Source of the DNA: Dehalococcoidia bacterium
GTDB lineage: Bacteria > Chloroflexota > Dehalococcoidia > Plut-88900
Reading direction: 5' to 3'
Length of the DNA: 64,000 nucleotides
Assembly (NCBI GenBank): GCA_965197645.1
Contig: OZ240219.1
Coordinates: 192,001-256,000, forward strand
A program made the position numbers and the translations under genes. A model generated the notes under the pieces. That model was not told the origin of the DNA. It was given only the letters and a program-made list of their open reading frames with translations, and did no database searches. This document shows, one piece after another, positions 30,340-40,564 of the stretch. Positions within the stretch are counted from its first letter, which is position 1. Each line of letters opens with the position of its first letter.

Positions 30340-30350
30340 GAGTGGCGCTC

Positions 30351-30684
30351 GCCGGGCTGCTGACAACAGGGTGTGCAGATGGGCGCAGCCCCCCTTTGGG
30401 GGGAGTCTGAGGGAGTCCAGAGGGACACTTCCCTCTGGTAGGGGGCATGGGGGATGTTCCCCCAACCACAAAAACCTCTGAGGGCGGGCCGTTGGGGAAA
30501 ACACCTCTATCATTTTGAGACTGGCTCCTCGGCCAGCCGGCGGGGCGTGCAGAGGAGCGCAGACCCTTTGCCGGGAGTATGAGAGCCTGCCGAAGGGGTG
30601 TCCCTCAGATATAAAATCCCTCCTCTTCCTGGATAAGAAAGAGGCGGAAAGAAGGTCTCGAAGGATTCTTTCGCTGCCTGCTAA
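30351..30684 (+). repeat. MITE-like composite hairpin repeat, copy B (nested modules)
   Basis: Two GGG(T/C)GTGCAGA modules, a GAGTCCAGAGGG..CCCTCTGG.AGGGGG module, GTGTCCCTCAGA, ends GCTGCCTGCTA. Confidence 0.78.
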
Positions 30685-30708
30685 AAGGGAGACGAACGGG
30701 CGGTGCCG

Positions 30709-33700
30709 CTAGACGGTCAGGCGGCGGTAGAGGTAGGGGAGGCGGCGGGGCAGCGACTCTATCTCGGCCAGGACCTCATAGCCCATGTCCTGGCACATCG
30801 CCTTCAGGTAGTCGTGACCTCCCCTATCGACCGTGAGGCAGAAGGGGACGATGTCCTTGCGGCGAGCCTCCTGGAAGGCCTTCTTGGTGTCGTGGACAGC
30901 GTACTCCTTCTCGACACCCTCCCGGCTGTAGCCCCTATCCTGGGGTCTCCCATCGCTGAGCAGGAACAGCACCTTGGTGCGGGCCTCCTGCTTCTCCAGC
31001 TTGGAGATGGCGTGCCGTATCGCCGGGCCCATCCGTGTGGCGTGGAGCGGGTTGATCTTGTCGATGCGGCGCTTCACCTTCTCGCTGAACACCTCGTCGA
31101 TGTCCTTGATGGTGTAGAACTCCACGTTTTCCCGCCCGTAGCCGGAGAAGCCGTATATCCCGTAGAAATCGCCTATGGTCTCCAGGGCGCGGATGAGGAG
31201 GACCGCGCTCTCCTTCTCGACGTCTATGATCCGTTTATAGGAGCGCCTGCTGCCCTCTTCTCTACGTGCCCTGAGCCAGGCCAGGTACTCGCGTGGATCG
31301 TCGGGCGGACTCCAGTCGTCGGCCACACGCTTGGCGTCGTCGATGGCCTCAGCGGTGGAGGCGCTCATATCGAGAAGGAAGACGACAGCCACGTCTCGTT
31401 GGATCTTGTTCCGTCGCCAGTAGATCTTATCTGAAGGCGAGTTCCCGGTCCGCTTCTCCACCATGGCGTCGACCACAGCGTCGTACTCAATGTCATCTCC
31501 GTCGGGGAGCCTCCGCACCTTGCGGAACTGCTCGGGGGCCAGCAGCTCGAACTGCTTCTTGATCTGAGAGAGGAGGATGGCGTACTCCTGGAGGGTCTTG
31601 TCGTAGAAGTCCAGCTCGCCCTCTTCCAGACGCCGCTCCTTGACTATGCACCAGTTGGGCTTGTAGTCGTTGGCCCGGAAGTCCCACTCGTCGTAGAGGA
31701 AGGTGAGGGCGTCGGCGCTGGATAGGGGCCCGCCTTCGGCCGGGGTGGTATCGAAGTCATGGCCCTGGCCGGGCTCCTGCGGCTGCTGCTCCTGGCTGAT
31801 CTGCCCCATCAGGTTGTCGACGAAGAGGCCGGTGGTGTTGGCCACGTCGCCCTCGGAGGCCTGATCGATCTCGATCTCCACGCTCTTCTCCAGTAGCTCC
31901 TGAAGAGCCTCGGGTGAGATCGGTTCCATCTGGGCATCGGCCTGACCCTGCTGAGCGTCTCTCATTTTGGCCAGCAGCTGGACCAACTCCGGTTTGAATT
32001 CCCCTCTGTATCCCACCTGCTGAGGCTGCTGGTACTCCTCGTCGTCACCGCCTTCGCCTTCCTCGGTGTCACCGGACGGCTCACCGGCCTCATCGCTGGA
32101 ACCATAGGCCTGGGGTGTACTCATGTCGACGTCGGGGTTCTCGGGCATATCGTCGGGGTCGAAGTCCTCCCACTCTTCGGGAGGCAGCTCCTGGTTAACA
32201 AGCTGGGAGATATAGTCGTACAGCCGGATGGTGGCCTCGGCGGTATCCTCCACGGTAGCCGTGGGCGTTTGAAGTTCGGTCAGGATGCGGACCAGCTCCG
32301 TTACCTGCTCCTTGATCTGGGTGGGGACCTTGAGACCCGCCCGCTGATCGAGACTGATCCTGACCAGGACCTCGACTATTGCCTCCTGCAGCGGGAGGGA
32401 ATCGATGACCGGGCGCTCCGAAAGGGAATCGGTCTGGGTAAGCTGATAGCTGCCCTTTATGCCCTTGTATTCGTACTTGACCCGGGAGTCCAGCCTGGTG
32501 TCTTCGGATACGGTAAATAGATCATAGGCCAGCCGACGCTCGGGGAAGATATTGAAGAACCTCTCCAGGTCCACAGTAGCAGCATCGCCGTTGGTGGCCA
32601 GGTCGGCCCTCTCCACCCTGAGATTGGAGAAGAGGGTGGCCTCCTTATCATATACAAATTCGAAGCTGCCGAACTCCAGGTGGGCCACCTGGTGAGTGCC
32701 TACCACCTTGTACCATCCGAAGTTCTGCTCCTTGGTAGGATACCTTCGAACGAACTCGGGAAGGTAGACAGCCCTGCCTTCGGTAGTGGGATTTTCGCCC
32801 GACACCCAGCCGATGCCTCGCTCTCGAAGCTCATCGCTGTATTGGATCTGTATGTCCGTGCCGGCGAGGGCCACGGCGTACATCCACAGGATGTCTCTGA
32901 CCTTGTCGAGCTCGATGCCCGAGGACAGCTCCTCAAGCATCTCCTTGCCCTTGGAGGACTCAAGGCGGAAGTAGGCGATGCCGCCCTCTTCATTTTCTTT
33001 GAGGATTTGCAGCCCCTCGTAGAACCACCTATCGAGGTCCGAATAGGGGATCTTCTCCATCACCACCGGGCTGGTCCTTATGAAGTCCAGCACCGCGTAG
33101 GGCGATTCGGAGAGGAGCGCGCCGGACAGCTTCAAGAGATGTCCTTGAGTCTCACCATCCAGCTCGGTGAGGGACTTGGAGGCATCGGACATGAAGGTGT
33201 TGATGTGAGAGGCGTCCTTGCGAGAAAACCGCTCGGTGAGATCGAGGAACCGGCCCCGCTGCTCCCGGTCTATGCGACCCAGGATAGTTGCGCCGGACTC
33301 GAAACAGGCCTTGGCGTCCCGCCAGTTGAGCTCGACCAGGGAGGTGAGAAGAGACAGGAAGCCTCGACGGTCCTGCTTCTCCATGTTCTTGAACACCGTC
33401 TCGGCCGAGTTGAGGCACTCGTTGGCTAGGTCGTAGGAGCGGCGGGACAGGGAGTCCAGGAAGGAAACGAAACGTCTCATCTCGCCCAGGGTCATGTATC
33501 GCAACAGTGACGGGCTCACCTCGAAGAACCGGGAAGAGAGGGTGCCCGATTTCCAGGTGCCCCTGTACAGCCCCTTCCCCAGAGCGGCCCAATCGCCCAG
33601 CTGATGGGGCGTGAGGTGTGCAAGCGCCTCGGGACTGGCCTGGAAGTAGGTAGCTGACAGCACCGCCGATTCTTTGGCCAGCGTCTTACCCCATTTGGCC

Positions 33701-33951
33701 CATTCCAGGAAGTGGGGGAAGGGCAGCTTGGCCAGCACGTTGGGGGTGACCCTGAAGTACTCGGAGGCGGCCTCCCAGGAACGGAAGGAGTGGCGAGCTA
33801 TGAGCACGCCCTCCTCTGCCCAGGACTGGAAGTCTTCGTTGCGCAGGATCTCGGCGATCAGCCTGGAGGACTTCTTGAACTGGGATGCTACGGCAGGAGG
33901 AAAGCTGGAAAGCTCCTGCTCCAGCTGTTCGAGGTTCTTTTCAGAGGCCAT
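30709..33951 (-). CDS. CbbO/NorD-type VWA adaptor with long N-terminal helical repeats
   Basis: MIDAS DMSAST, TRMGPAIRH, LSDGRPQD; YDEWDF, AYFRLES, HQVAH motifs. Confidence 0.9.
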   Translation of the reverse strand: MASEKNLEQLEQELSSFPPAVASQFKKSSRLIAEILRNEDFQSWAEEGVLIARHSFRSWEAASEYFRVTPNVLAKLPFPHFLEWAKWGKTLAKESAVLSATYFQASPEALAHLTPHQLGDWAALGKGLYRGTWKSGTLSSRFFEVSPSLLRYMTLGEMRRFVSFLDSLSRRSYDLANECLNSAETVFKNMEKQDRRGFLSLLTSLVELNWRDAKACFESGATILGRIDREQRGRFLDLTERFSRKDASHINTFMSDASKSLTELDGETQGHLLKLSGALLSESPYAVLDFIRTSPVVMEKIPYSDLDRWFYEGLQILKENEEGGIAYFRLESSKGKEMLEELSSGIELDKVRDILWMYAVALAGTDIQIQYSDELRERGIGWVSGENPTTEGRAVYLPEFVRRYPTKEQNFGWYKVVGTHQVAHLEFGSFEFVYDKEATLFSNLRVERADLATNGDAATVDLERFFNIFPERRLAYDLFTVSEDTRLDSRVKYEYKGIKGSYQLTQTDSLSERPVIDSLPLQEAIVEVLVRISLDQRAGLKVPTQIKEQVTELVRILTELQTPTATVEDTAEATIRLYDYISQLVNQELPPEEWEDFDPDDMPENPDVDMSTPQAYGSSDEAGEPSGDTEEGEGGDDEEYQQPQQVGYRGEFKPELVQLLAKMRDAQQGQADAQMEPISPEALQELLEKSVEIEIDQASEGDVANTTGLFVDNLMGQISQEQQPQEPGQGHDFDTTPAEGGPLSSADALTFLYDEWDFRANDYKPNWCIVKERRLEEGELDFYDKTLQEYAILLSQIKKQFELLAPEQFRKVRRLPDGDDIEYDAVVDAMVEKRTGNSPSDKIYWRRNKIQRDVAVVFLLDMSASTAEAIDDAKRVADDWSPPDDPREYLAWLRARREEGSRRSYKRIIDVEKESAVLLIRALETIGDFYGIYGFSGYGRENVEFYTIKDIDEVFSEKVKRRIDKINPLHATRMGPAIRHAISKLEKQEARTKVLFLLSDGRPQDRGYSREGVEKEYAVHDTKKAFQEARRKDIVPFCLTVDRGGHDYLKAMCQDMGYEVLAEIESLPRRLPYLYRRLTV

Positions 33952-33960
33952 GTCGATAGT

Positions 33961-34554
33961 CTACCCGATGAGGGTCAGGAACTGATATAGCATTCTGGCC
34001 GTTGCGCCGTAGATAACGTGTTCCCGGTAGGTGTAGAAGTGCTCCAGCCACGGCTCACCGTTCACCATTTCCGTCTGCACTCGATAGTTGCCGGGGTCCA
34101 ATAGGTGGTCGATAGGCACTTCGATCACCTCGGCGACCTCCATCGGGTTGGTGTTGTAGCGGTAGGGGTAGGGGAATGTCCCAACGAAGGGGACTACCCT
34201 GAAGTTGGACCGGGTCTCGATCTCGCTGAGCTGACCCAGGATGGACACGTCCTGTTGGTCGATACCCATCTCCTCCCAGGTCTCCCTCAGCGCGGTGGCC
34301 TCGGCATTCAGGTCGCCCTCGTCGAAAACGCCGCCCGGAAAGGCGATGTCTCCTTTGTGGTGCTCCACCTGCTGAGAGCGCTTGTTGAAGACGATATTGT
34401 AGCTCTCCTCCTTTTCGAACAGGAGCAGGGCTACTGCGGCTAGGGTGCCCCCGGAATTTTCTAGGGGCTTCCTATCGACGTCTCGGAGAAGGTGTTTGAC
34501 CTTGGACAGGAAAGGGGACAGGGTAACGCTTGTCATATCGGTTGCTGGGTTCAC
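33961..34554 (-). CDS. CoA pyrophosphatase (Nudix, NudL-like)
   Basis: KRS.....H.GDIAFPGG, ALRETWEEMG, IYGATA. Confidence 0.9.
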   Translation of the reverse strand: MNPATDMTSVTLSPFLSKVKHLLRDVDRKPLENSGGTLAAVALLLFEKEESYNIVFNKRSQQVEHHKGDIAFPGGVFDEGDLNAEATALRETWEEMGIDQQDVSILGQLSEIETRSNFRVVPFVGTFPYPYRYNTNPMEVAEVIEVPIDHLLDPGNYRVQTEMVNGEPWLEHFYTYREHVIYGATARMLYQFLTLIG

Positions 34555-34587
34555 TCCAATCAGAAGCCGTATGATGGTGGAAAGGCG

Positions 34588-35490
34588 CTATTCGAAGATG
34601 CTGAGGACGACCTCTTCCACGCTGCGCTGGACCTCAGTGTCGTCTGTCAGCGCGGAGACAACGGCCACCTGGCAGGCTCTTCTGGGCGGTATGCCCATCT
34701 TGATGAGCCGGCCGGCGTAGATGAGCAATCGGGTGCTGGCGCCTTCCTGCAGACCATGCTCTCTCAGGTTGCGGCATTTCTCACCCAGCTTGGCGAGCTC
34801 CTTGGCTACTTCGGAGTCGCAGCCGCTTTCGTGGGCTATAACCTCCTGCTCGACAGACCGGGGAGGATAATCGAAATCTATGGCCACGAACCGTTGTCGC
34901 GTGCTGTGCTTCAGGTCTTTGAGTGCGCTCTGGTAGCCCGGGTTGTAGGAGATGACGAGGAGGAACTGGTCGTTGGCCTCCAGCAACTCTCCCCGCTTCT
35001 CTACGGGAAGGATTCGGCGATGGTCGGTGAGTGGGTGGATGAGAACGGTGGTGTCCTTCCTGGCTTCAACCACCTCGTCCAGATAGCATATGCCGCCGGC
35101 CTTGACCGCCCTGGTCAGCGGACCATCTATCCAGACCGTAGCATCTCCCTCCAGCAGGTACCTACCCACCAGATCACTGGCGGTCAGGTCTTCGTGACAG
35201 GCTACCGTAACCAGGGGGATGCTGGAGGCGTTGTCGTTGGAAGGGGCTTTCTTGCCGCCTTTGGGCTTGACCACCGTCAACGGCTGTCCCAGCCGGTAGG
35301 CCATGTACTCCACGAACCGGGTTTTGCCGCAGCCGGTCGGGCCCTTGAACAGAAGAGGGATCCTCTCTTTGTAGGCCGCTTCGAAGATCTCAATCTCATC
35401 TCCTACGGGTAGGTAGAAAGGCTCCTCTTGGAGAACATACTCCTCTATCTGCATGCCTTTGTATGCGTTCCTGGTCACCCCGGTGGTCAT
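34588..35490 (-). CDS. CbbQ/NirQ/NorQ family AAA+ ATPase
   Basis: [56 protein letters not shown]. Confidence 0.95.
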   Translation of the reverse strand: MTTGVTRNAYKGMQIEEYVLQEEPFYLPVGDEIEIFEAAYKERIPLLFKGPTGCGKTRFVEYMAYRLGQPLTVVKPKGGKKAPSNDNASSIPLVTVACHEDLTASDLVGRYLLEGDATVWIDGPLTRAVKAGGICYLDEVVEARKDTTVLIHPLTDHRRILPVEKRGELLEANDQFLLVISYNPGYQSALKDLKHSTRQRFVAIDFDYPPRSVEQEVIAHESGCDSEVAKELAKLGEKCRNLREHGLQEGASTRLLIYAGRLIKMGIPPRRACQVAVVSALTDDTEVQRSVEEVVLSIFE

Positions 35491-35497
35491 CTTCTAC

Positions 35498-36100
35498 CTA
35501 GCCTCTCTGCTTTTCCAGACCCTGCCACCGCTCTGCGACCTCCGCCTTCAACTCCTCGAGTCCGGAATCGTTATGTATTACTACGTCTGCGTGCTTTACT
35601 CGCTCCTCGGAGCTCATCTGGGACTTCATTCTGGACCTGGTCTGCTCTTCGGTCATGCCGTTGCGTTCCTGAAGCCTCCGGATGACCGAATCTTCGGAGG
35701 AGACGGTCACCCAGACCTGGTCCACCAGAGGGGTCCACTTGGCTTCCAGAAGGACCGCCGCCTCCACCACCATGGTCGTCGTGCCCAGCTTTTTCTGCTC
35801 TTCGATGCGCTCGCCAACCATATCATAAATCCTCGGCCACACGATGTCGGTGAGCTTTTTCATGGCGGAAGGGTCGCCGAAGACGATGCCGCCCAGCTTA
35901 CGCCTGTCTATCTCCCCGTTTTCCTGGGCGAGGTCCTCGCCGAAGGTGTCCAGGACTTGTCTCCAGGCCCGGGTGTTGGGTTCGTAGGCCTGGTGCCCCA
36001 CCTTGTCGGCATCGAGCACATAGGCTCCAAGGTCTGCCAGTAGCTGGGACACTGTAGACTTTCCGCTGCCTATTCCCCCAGTCAGCCCTATTACAAACAT
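35498..36100 (-). CDS. coaE: dephospho-CoA kinase
   Basis: IGLTGGIGSGKST, DAD, IDRRKLG..VF, R...Q. Confidence 0.95.
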   Translation of the reverse strand: MFVIGLTGGIGSGKSTVSQLLADLGAYVLDADKVGHQAYEPNTRAWRQVLDTFGEDLAQENGEIDRRKLGGIVFGDPSAMKKLTDIVWPRIYDMVGERIEEQKKLGTTTMVVEAAVLLEAKWTPLVDQVWVTVSSEDSVIRRLQERNGMTEEQTRSRMKSQMSSEERVKHADVVIHNDSGLEELKAEVAERWQGLEKQRG

Positions 36101-36145
36101 CTATAGGTGTAGATTGTCCCCTCTCTCACAAGCTCGAGGTTCCCA

Positions 36146-36174
36146 ATTCTATCAACCACCCTAGAGCGGGTCAA
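36146..36174 (-). promoter_or_regulatory. sigma70-type promoter of coaE operon
   Basis: minus strand TTGACC-N17-TAGAAT. Confidence 0.6.
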
Positions 36175-36315
36175 GGAACCGTTGCTTACGGTTGCTCGTG
36201 CGAGAGCGACCGTAAGAGGTTGGGAGATTATGGCTGAAGTGCGCCGCTGAGTCTTGGTTCAGCCACTGGCAAAGCCCAGACAGGATGCAGCCTGACGTCC
36301 AGGAATCCCGGGGGA

Positions 36316-36618
36316 TCAGTTGTACTCCTCGCCCACGTCTACGCATTCTCTCATGGTAGGCGGCCTGCTGAGGAGCTGCTCCATGTTGGCCTCCAGGTTC
36401 GCCCGCTCCTCACTATCCCGCCACTTGTGCCATTCCTCCATGCTCCGCCAGGTGGATACGACCACTATCGCTTTGTGATCATCGATGTCTATCAGGGTCT
36501 CACCGGTAACATAGCCCGGCTGCCTGATAGCGGCGGCGCGAATCTCGGTGGCGATGGCCAGGACGTGGCTCTCCTGGTGCGGCGCCGTGTGTCGTTCGAT
36601 TATGACTTTGGCCTGCAT
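36316..36618 (-). CDS. antibiotic biosynthesis monooxygenase (ABM) family protein
   Basis: R..A..QPGY..GETL, VVSTW.S.E.W..W..S.ER; AAGGAG RBS. Confidence 0.85.
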   Translation of the reverse strand: MQAKVIIERHTAPHQESHVLAIATEIRAAAIRQPGYVTGETLIDIDDHKAIVVVSTWRSMEEWHKWRDSEERANLEANMEQLLSRPPTMRECVDVGEEYN

Positions 36619-36711
36619 GACGACTCCTTCCGTTCACCGGCCCTCAACCGCTCGTACAAAGGACGTGCCCCATACAACGGACATGCATGTACGTATCAAC
36701 CTTCGCCCGGG

Positions 36712-37887
36712 TCAATCGAAGGGGATCTCCCTCAGTTCGGTAGTCTCCAGGGTGAGCTGCTCGCTGCCGTCAGCGGTGACCACGTGCACGTCCTCCCAGA
36801 GAAGCTGCTCGGAGGCCACGGGCTCAGTGCTGATGACTACCCCTTCCTCGATGACGGTATCGTCGTCGGGTGCGATGCTGGGCGGCTCGGTCAGCTGGAT
36901 GCCTTGGCCGTGGCCCATCCTGCCTATGGGTGCGACCTCGAACCCGTTGCTCTCCAGCACCTGGGCACCTATGCGATGCAGCTCGGAGCACTTTATCCCC
37001 GGCCGCAGAGCATCGATCATGGCCTGGTTGGCGTTCAGCAGCACCTGATGCTCCCTAAACTGCTCCTCCGTGGCGCGGCCGAGGACTGCGTGGCGGGGAT
37101 AGTCGATGGTATAGGTGCGGACGTAGGCGCCGGCATCGACGTACAGTCTGTTGCCCTTCTTCAACGGCCTATCGAAGTGGAACTGGCTGTGACACCCAGG
37201 GACATCCGATACCAGGTGCACGAAGGAGGTCCTATCTCCCCCCTCCTCCAGTATCAGGCGCCGGAGGTTTCTCACCACGTCCCGCTCCGTCATGCCGGGG
37301 ACTATCTCGTCGAACAATCGCTGACGGGCTCGTCCGGTGATATCGGCGGCCTGTTTCATGTAGGCCACCTCTTCCTGGGACTTGATCATCCGTTGATATA
37401 CGGTGATCCCGGCGCCGTCCACAAACTCAATGCCGGGGAGAGCATCTATCAGGGCCAGGTATGAGCCGACGGGGATGCCCATGCGCTGCTCCTGGCCCAG
37501 CTCGGCAGCGACCGTCTTCCCGTCGCCTAAAGCGTCTTTGAGCGCCTCCAACACCAGATCATGGGGAAAGGTAACGACCCCGACGTAACCTCGCACGTCG
37601 TCCAGGTAGGTAGTCAGGCCCATGCTGGAGACCAGCCCCTGCCCAACTATGGCGATGGGTTCACCGCTGACAGGCAGGACGAATATGGCGGGACGGGTGT
37701 TGGAGTAGTGAAGGGCCAGGGTGCCCGTGGCGCCGGCGTAATACTGAAAGTTCTCTTCTTCCGACACGAACAGGACATCGATGTCCCTCTGGGCCATCAG
37801 CTGCTGTGCCCGGTCCCAGCGACGCTCCATCTCGCCCCGGGTGAACATGGCGAATGCCCCCTGGGGTTCGGCGGTGCCGGTTGTCAT
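36712..37887 (-). CDS. M24 (Xaa-Pro peptidase/creatinase-like) protein
   Basis: RMIKS.EE, VDAG...Y..D..R, GHGQG....EPP, EP, WED. Confidence 0.88.
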   Translation of the reverse strand: MTTGTAEPQGAFAMFTRGEMERRWDRAQQLMAQRDIDVLFVSEEENFQYYAGATGTLALHYSNTRPAIFVLPVSGEPIAIVGQGLVSSMGLTTYLDDVRGYVGVVTFPHDLVLEALKDALGDGKTVAAELGQEQRMGIPVGSYLALIDALPGIEFVDGAGITVYQRMIKSQEEVAYMKQAADITGRARQRLFDEIVPGMTERDVVRNLRRLILEEGGDRTSFVHLVSDVPGCHSQFHFDRPLKKGNRLYVDAGAYVRTYTIDYPRHAVLGRATEEQFREHQVLLNANQAMIDALRPGIKCSELHRIGAQVLESNGFEVAPIGRMGHGQGIQLTEPPSIAPDDDTVIEEGVVISTEPVASEQLLWEDVHVVTADGSEQLTLETTELREIPFD

Positions 37888-37970
37888 GTCGTATCCTTTC
37901 TATCGACGGCTCCTTGTAGGCAAACAAGGGGGCCGAGGAAGCCTGGGGCAGGTCCGGCGCCTGAGGGCTT

Positions 37971-38855
37971 CTAGTTCTGGCCGAACCGCTTGTCCATATC
38001 AGTGAGAAACTCCTCGACAGGCTTGGACAGGGGAGGCTCTTCCCGGGCCTCCTTCTCCTTGGCCACCTTGGCATCGTACATCGACTCCAGCCGGTCAACG
38101 AGGGACTTCAGCTCGGGGTTGCGCACTACGCTGGCGCTGAACTCCAGGTACTGCTTCTCCGCCGCCCGGGTGTCCTGGAGCTCCTCGGGCAGGTCGTAGA
38201 TGTTGGAAAGCACCTTCATCACCACGGCCGCGCCCGTCAAGTCCTCTTCCACCTGTACGTATTGGGGAAGATGTATTGTCAGGTTCCCCGTTTCAAACCC
38301 CAGGTCCTGCATCTGCCGGGACACCATGTAGGCTATGCTGGTGGGGCCTTCGTACTTGCTGTGACGGATCTGATACTGCTCGGTGACGGCCTCGCTACCC
38401 TCTATTTTCAGGGAGCCCGAGACCCGAAGCGGCCGAGTGTGAGGGACTACGTCGTACATGCCCCCGATCAGGATATACCTCGTGACCCCCATGGCCTTGA
38501 ACAGCTCGATGACCGATTCGTTGAACCGTTCCCCGTAGGAGTGAGGTTCCAACATGCGAACGAACAGGAAGTCGGGGCCATCCTCCTGACGGGCGTAGTT
38601 GACGACGGTGTTGGGCACGGTGACCGTTCGCTCCCCATCGATGTATCGAAGGATGGGCCTGTACCGGGTGAAGTCGTAGAACTGGCCCGGCTCCTCCAGT
38701 CTGCCCAGCTCTCGGGCCGAGAAGTGGCGCTCAAGCCTGCTCAGCACCACGGTACCAACGCTTCCCACGTCCACCCAGGGCCTCAACATGGCGATGGCGT
38801 GCGTGTTCTCCAGCTCCGGCAACGGCTCTCGTATTTCGAATTCCCCTATCTTCAT
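37971..38855 (-). CDS. PAC2 (proteasome assembly chaperone-like) family protein
   Basis: PWVDVGSVG, FYDFTRYRP, EP, VPHTRP, YEGPTSI, HLPQY. Confidence 0.88.
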   Translation of the reverse strand: MKIGEFEIREPLPELENTHAIAMLRPWVDVGSVGTVVLSRLERHFSARELGRLEEPGQFYDFTRYRPILRYIDGERTVTVPNTVVNYARQEDGPDFLFVRMLEPHSYGERFNESVIELFKAMGVTRYILIGGMYDVVPHTRPLRVSGSLKIEGSEAVTEQYQIRHSKYEGPTSIAYMVSRQMQDLGFETGNLTIHLPQYVQVEEDLTGAAVVMKVLSNIYDLPEELQDTRAAEKQYLEFSASVVRNPELKSLVDRLESMYDAKVAKEKEAREEPPLSKPVEEFLTDMDKRFGQN

Positions 38856-38942
38856 TCCACTACTCTACCATTGTGAATCGGTCTATGTGGCCGGCGCCAT
38901 GTCTGCATAGGTTCTAACGAACTGGGGCAGGTATTCGATTGT

Positions 38943-40358
38943 CTATGATGGGTGGAACACCACCATCTTGAGCTCGGTCATCTCCTCGACGGCATAGCTG
39001 GGGCCCTCTTTGCCCATGCCCGAGTTCTTGACGCCGCCATAGGGCATTAGATCGGCCCGCCACTGGGGCCCGTAGTTGATGTGGAGGCTGCCCGAGTGGA
39101 CCTCTTTGGCAAACTTCATCGCCCAGTCCACGTTCTGGGTGAAGATGGCGGCCGAAAGACCGAACTCGGTATCGTTGGCCATCTCAACGGCGTGCTCGAT
39201 GTCGTTGACCTTGGTAACTGCTATGGCGGGGCCGAACAGCTCCTCACAGGAGATCTTCATCCGAGGGTCCACGTCAGCGACGACCGTGGGAGCGAACACA
39301 GCGCCTTCCCTATCGCCACCGGTGACCACCCTGGCGCCTCCCCCCACCGCCTCGGTGACCCATTCCCCCACCCGGATGGCGTCGGACTCTCGAATCATGG
39401 GCCCCATCTGGATGTCTTCTTCAATGGGATTCCCCACCTTGATCTCCTCCACGCCGCCTACCAGTGCCTCGAGATAGTCCCCGTATATCTTATCGTCAGC
39501 CAGCACCCGTTGAGTGGAGATGCACACCTGGCCGGCGTTGGAGAAGCTAGTGGCCACGGTGGCTTTTACCACCTTCTCCATGTCAGCGTCGGGCATGACG
39601 ATGAGAGGGCTGTTGGAGCCCAGCTCCATGGTCACCTTCTTTATACCGGCCTTGTGGCAGATCCTCTCGCCGATCTCTTTGCTGCCGGTGAAAGTGATCT
39701 TCCTAACTCGGTCGTCCTCGCAAATGGCGTCCCCTATATCCTTGCCCGGGCCGGTAACGCATTGGACGGCCTCGGGCGGCAGCCCGGCGTCCAGCAGCAC
39801 CTTCACCAGCTTCAGAGCCGACAGAGGCGTATCCGAGGCCGGCTTGATAACCACGGAGTTGCCTGCGGCCAACGCCGGACCTACCTTGTGGGCCAGCAGG
39901 TTTAGAGGGAAGTTGAAGGGGCCGATGGCCGCTACGACTCCACAGGGTACCCTCATAGTGAACCCGAACTGGCCCGTCCAGCCCGGGGCACCGTCCAGGG
40001 GCACGGTGACTCCGTGGATCCGTTTAGCCTCCTCGGCGGAGCCGGTGATCACCTGAATGGCCCTGTCCACCTCGCCGCGGCCCTCGGCGATCACCTTGCC
40101 CTCTTCCAGGGTTATTATCCTGGCGTGTTCCTCCCGCCGCTCTTCCAGCAGGTTGGCCGTCTTTAGCAGTATCTGATACCTATCGAACCCGGACATTTTG
40201 GCCATCACCTCGGCGCCCCTAACAGCGCTGGTAATGGCGGCGTCCACATCACTGGTATCGCCCTTGGGGACCGTATCTATCTGCGTCCCGTCGAAGGGAT
40301 TGACCACCGGGACCTTTTCGTCTTTGTCCACCCAGTCTCCGCCTATGAACATCCTCAT
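38943..40358 (-). CDS. aldehyde dehydrogenase
   Basis: PFNFP, KPAS, FTGS, MELGSN, GQVCIS, EELFGP. Confidence 0.95.
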   Translation of the reverse strand: MRMFIGGDWVDKDEKVPVVNPFDGTQIDTVPKGDTSDVDAAITSAVRGAEVMAKMSGFDRYQILLKTANLLEERREEHARIITLEEGKVIAEGRGEVDRAIQVITGSAEEAKRIHGVTVPLDGAPGWTGQFGFTMRVPCGVVAAIGPFNFPLNLLAHKVGPALAAGNSVVIKPASDTPLSALKLVKVLLDAGLPPEAVQCVTGPGKDIGDAICEDDRVRKITFTGSKEIGERICHKAGIKKVTMELGSNSPLIVMPDADMEKVVKATVATSFSNAGQVCISTQRVLADDKIYGDYLEALVGGVEEIKVGNPIEEDIQMGPMIRESDAIRVGEWVTEAVGGGARVVTGGDREGAVFAPTVVADVDPRMKISCEELFGPAIAVTKVNDIEHAVEMANDTEFGLSAAIFTQNVDWAMKFAKEVHSGSLHINYGPQWRADLMPYGGVKNSGMGKEGPSYAVEEMTELKMVVFHPS

Positions 40359-40536
40359 GCTTTAGTCCTCCTTCACTCGCCTACGCACTCCTCCTTGGGA
40401 GCAAATCTCAAGTGATTCTTGTTATACCCACCGGTGCCATCCCCGCGGGCGTACAGGGGGTAGCCTTCGGCCGGTCTTTCCGCCTTGAGGCCGTATTATA
40501 ACCCGATGCGCCACGTTCCGTAACCGCCTCTCAGGG

Positions 40537-40564
40537 TTGACAAACACCTTCACGATGCTATACT
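40537..40564 (+). promoter_or_regulatory. sigma70-type promoter of ABC operon
   Basis: TTGACA-N16-TATACT with extended TG; about 200-nt leader follows. Confidence 0.65.

Noticed and set aside
30351-30684. Repeats considered as a CRISPR array, and short ORFs overlapping them
   Set aside because: No regular repeat-spacer period and no cas genes; the ORFs are translations of the repeat
36229-36294. Short plus-strand ORF with two TGA codons after a GGGAGA
   Set aside because: No redox motif or recognisable selenoprotein similarity; better explained as non-coding structure
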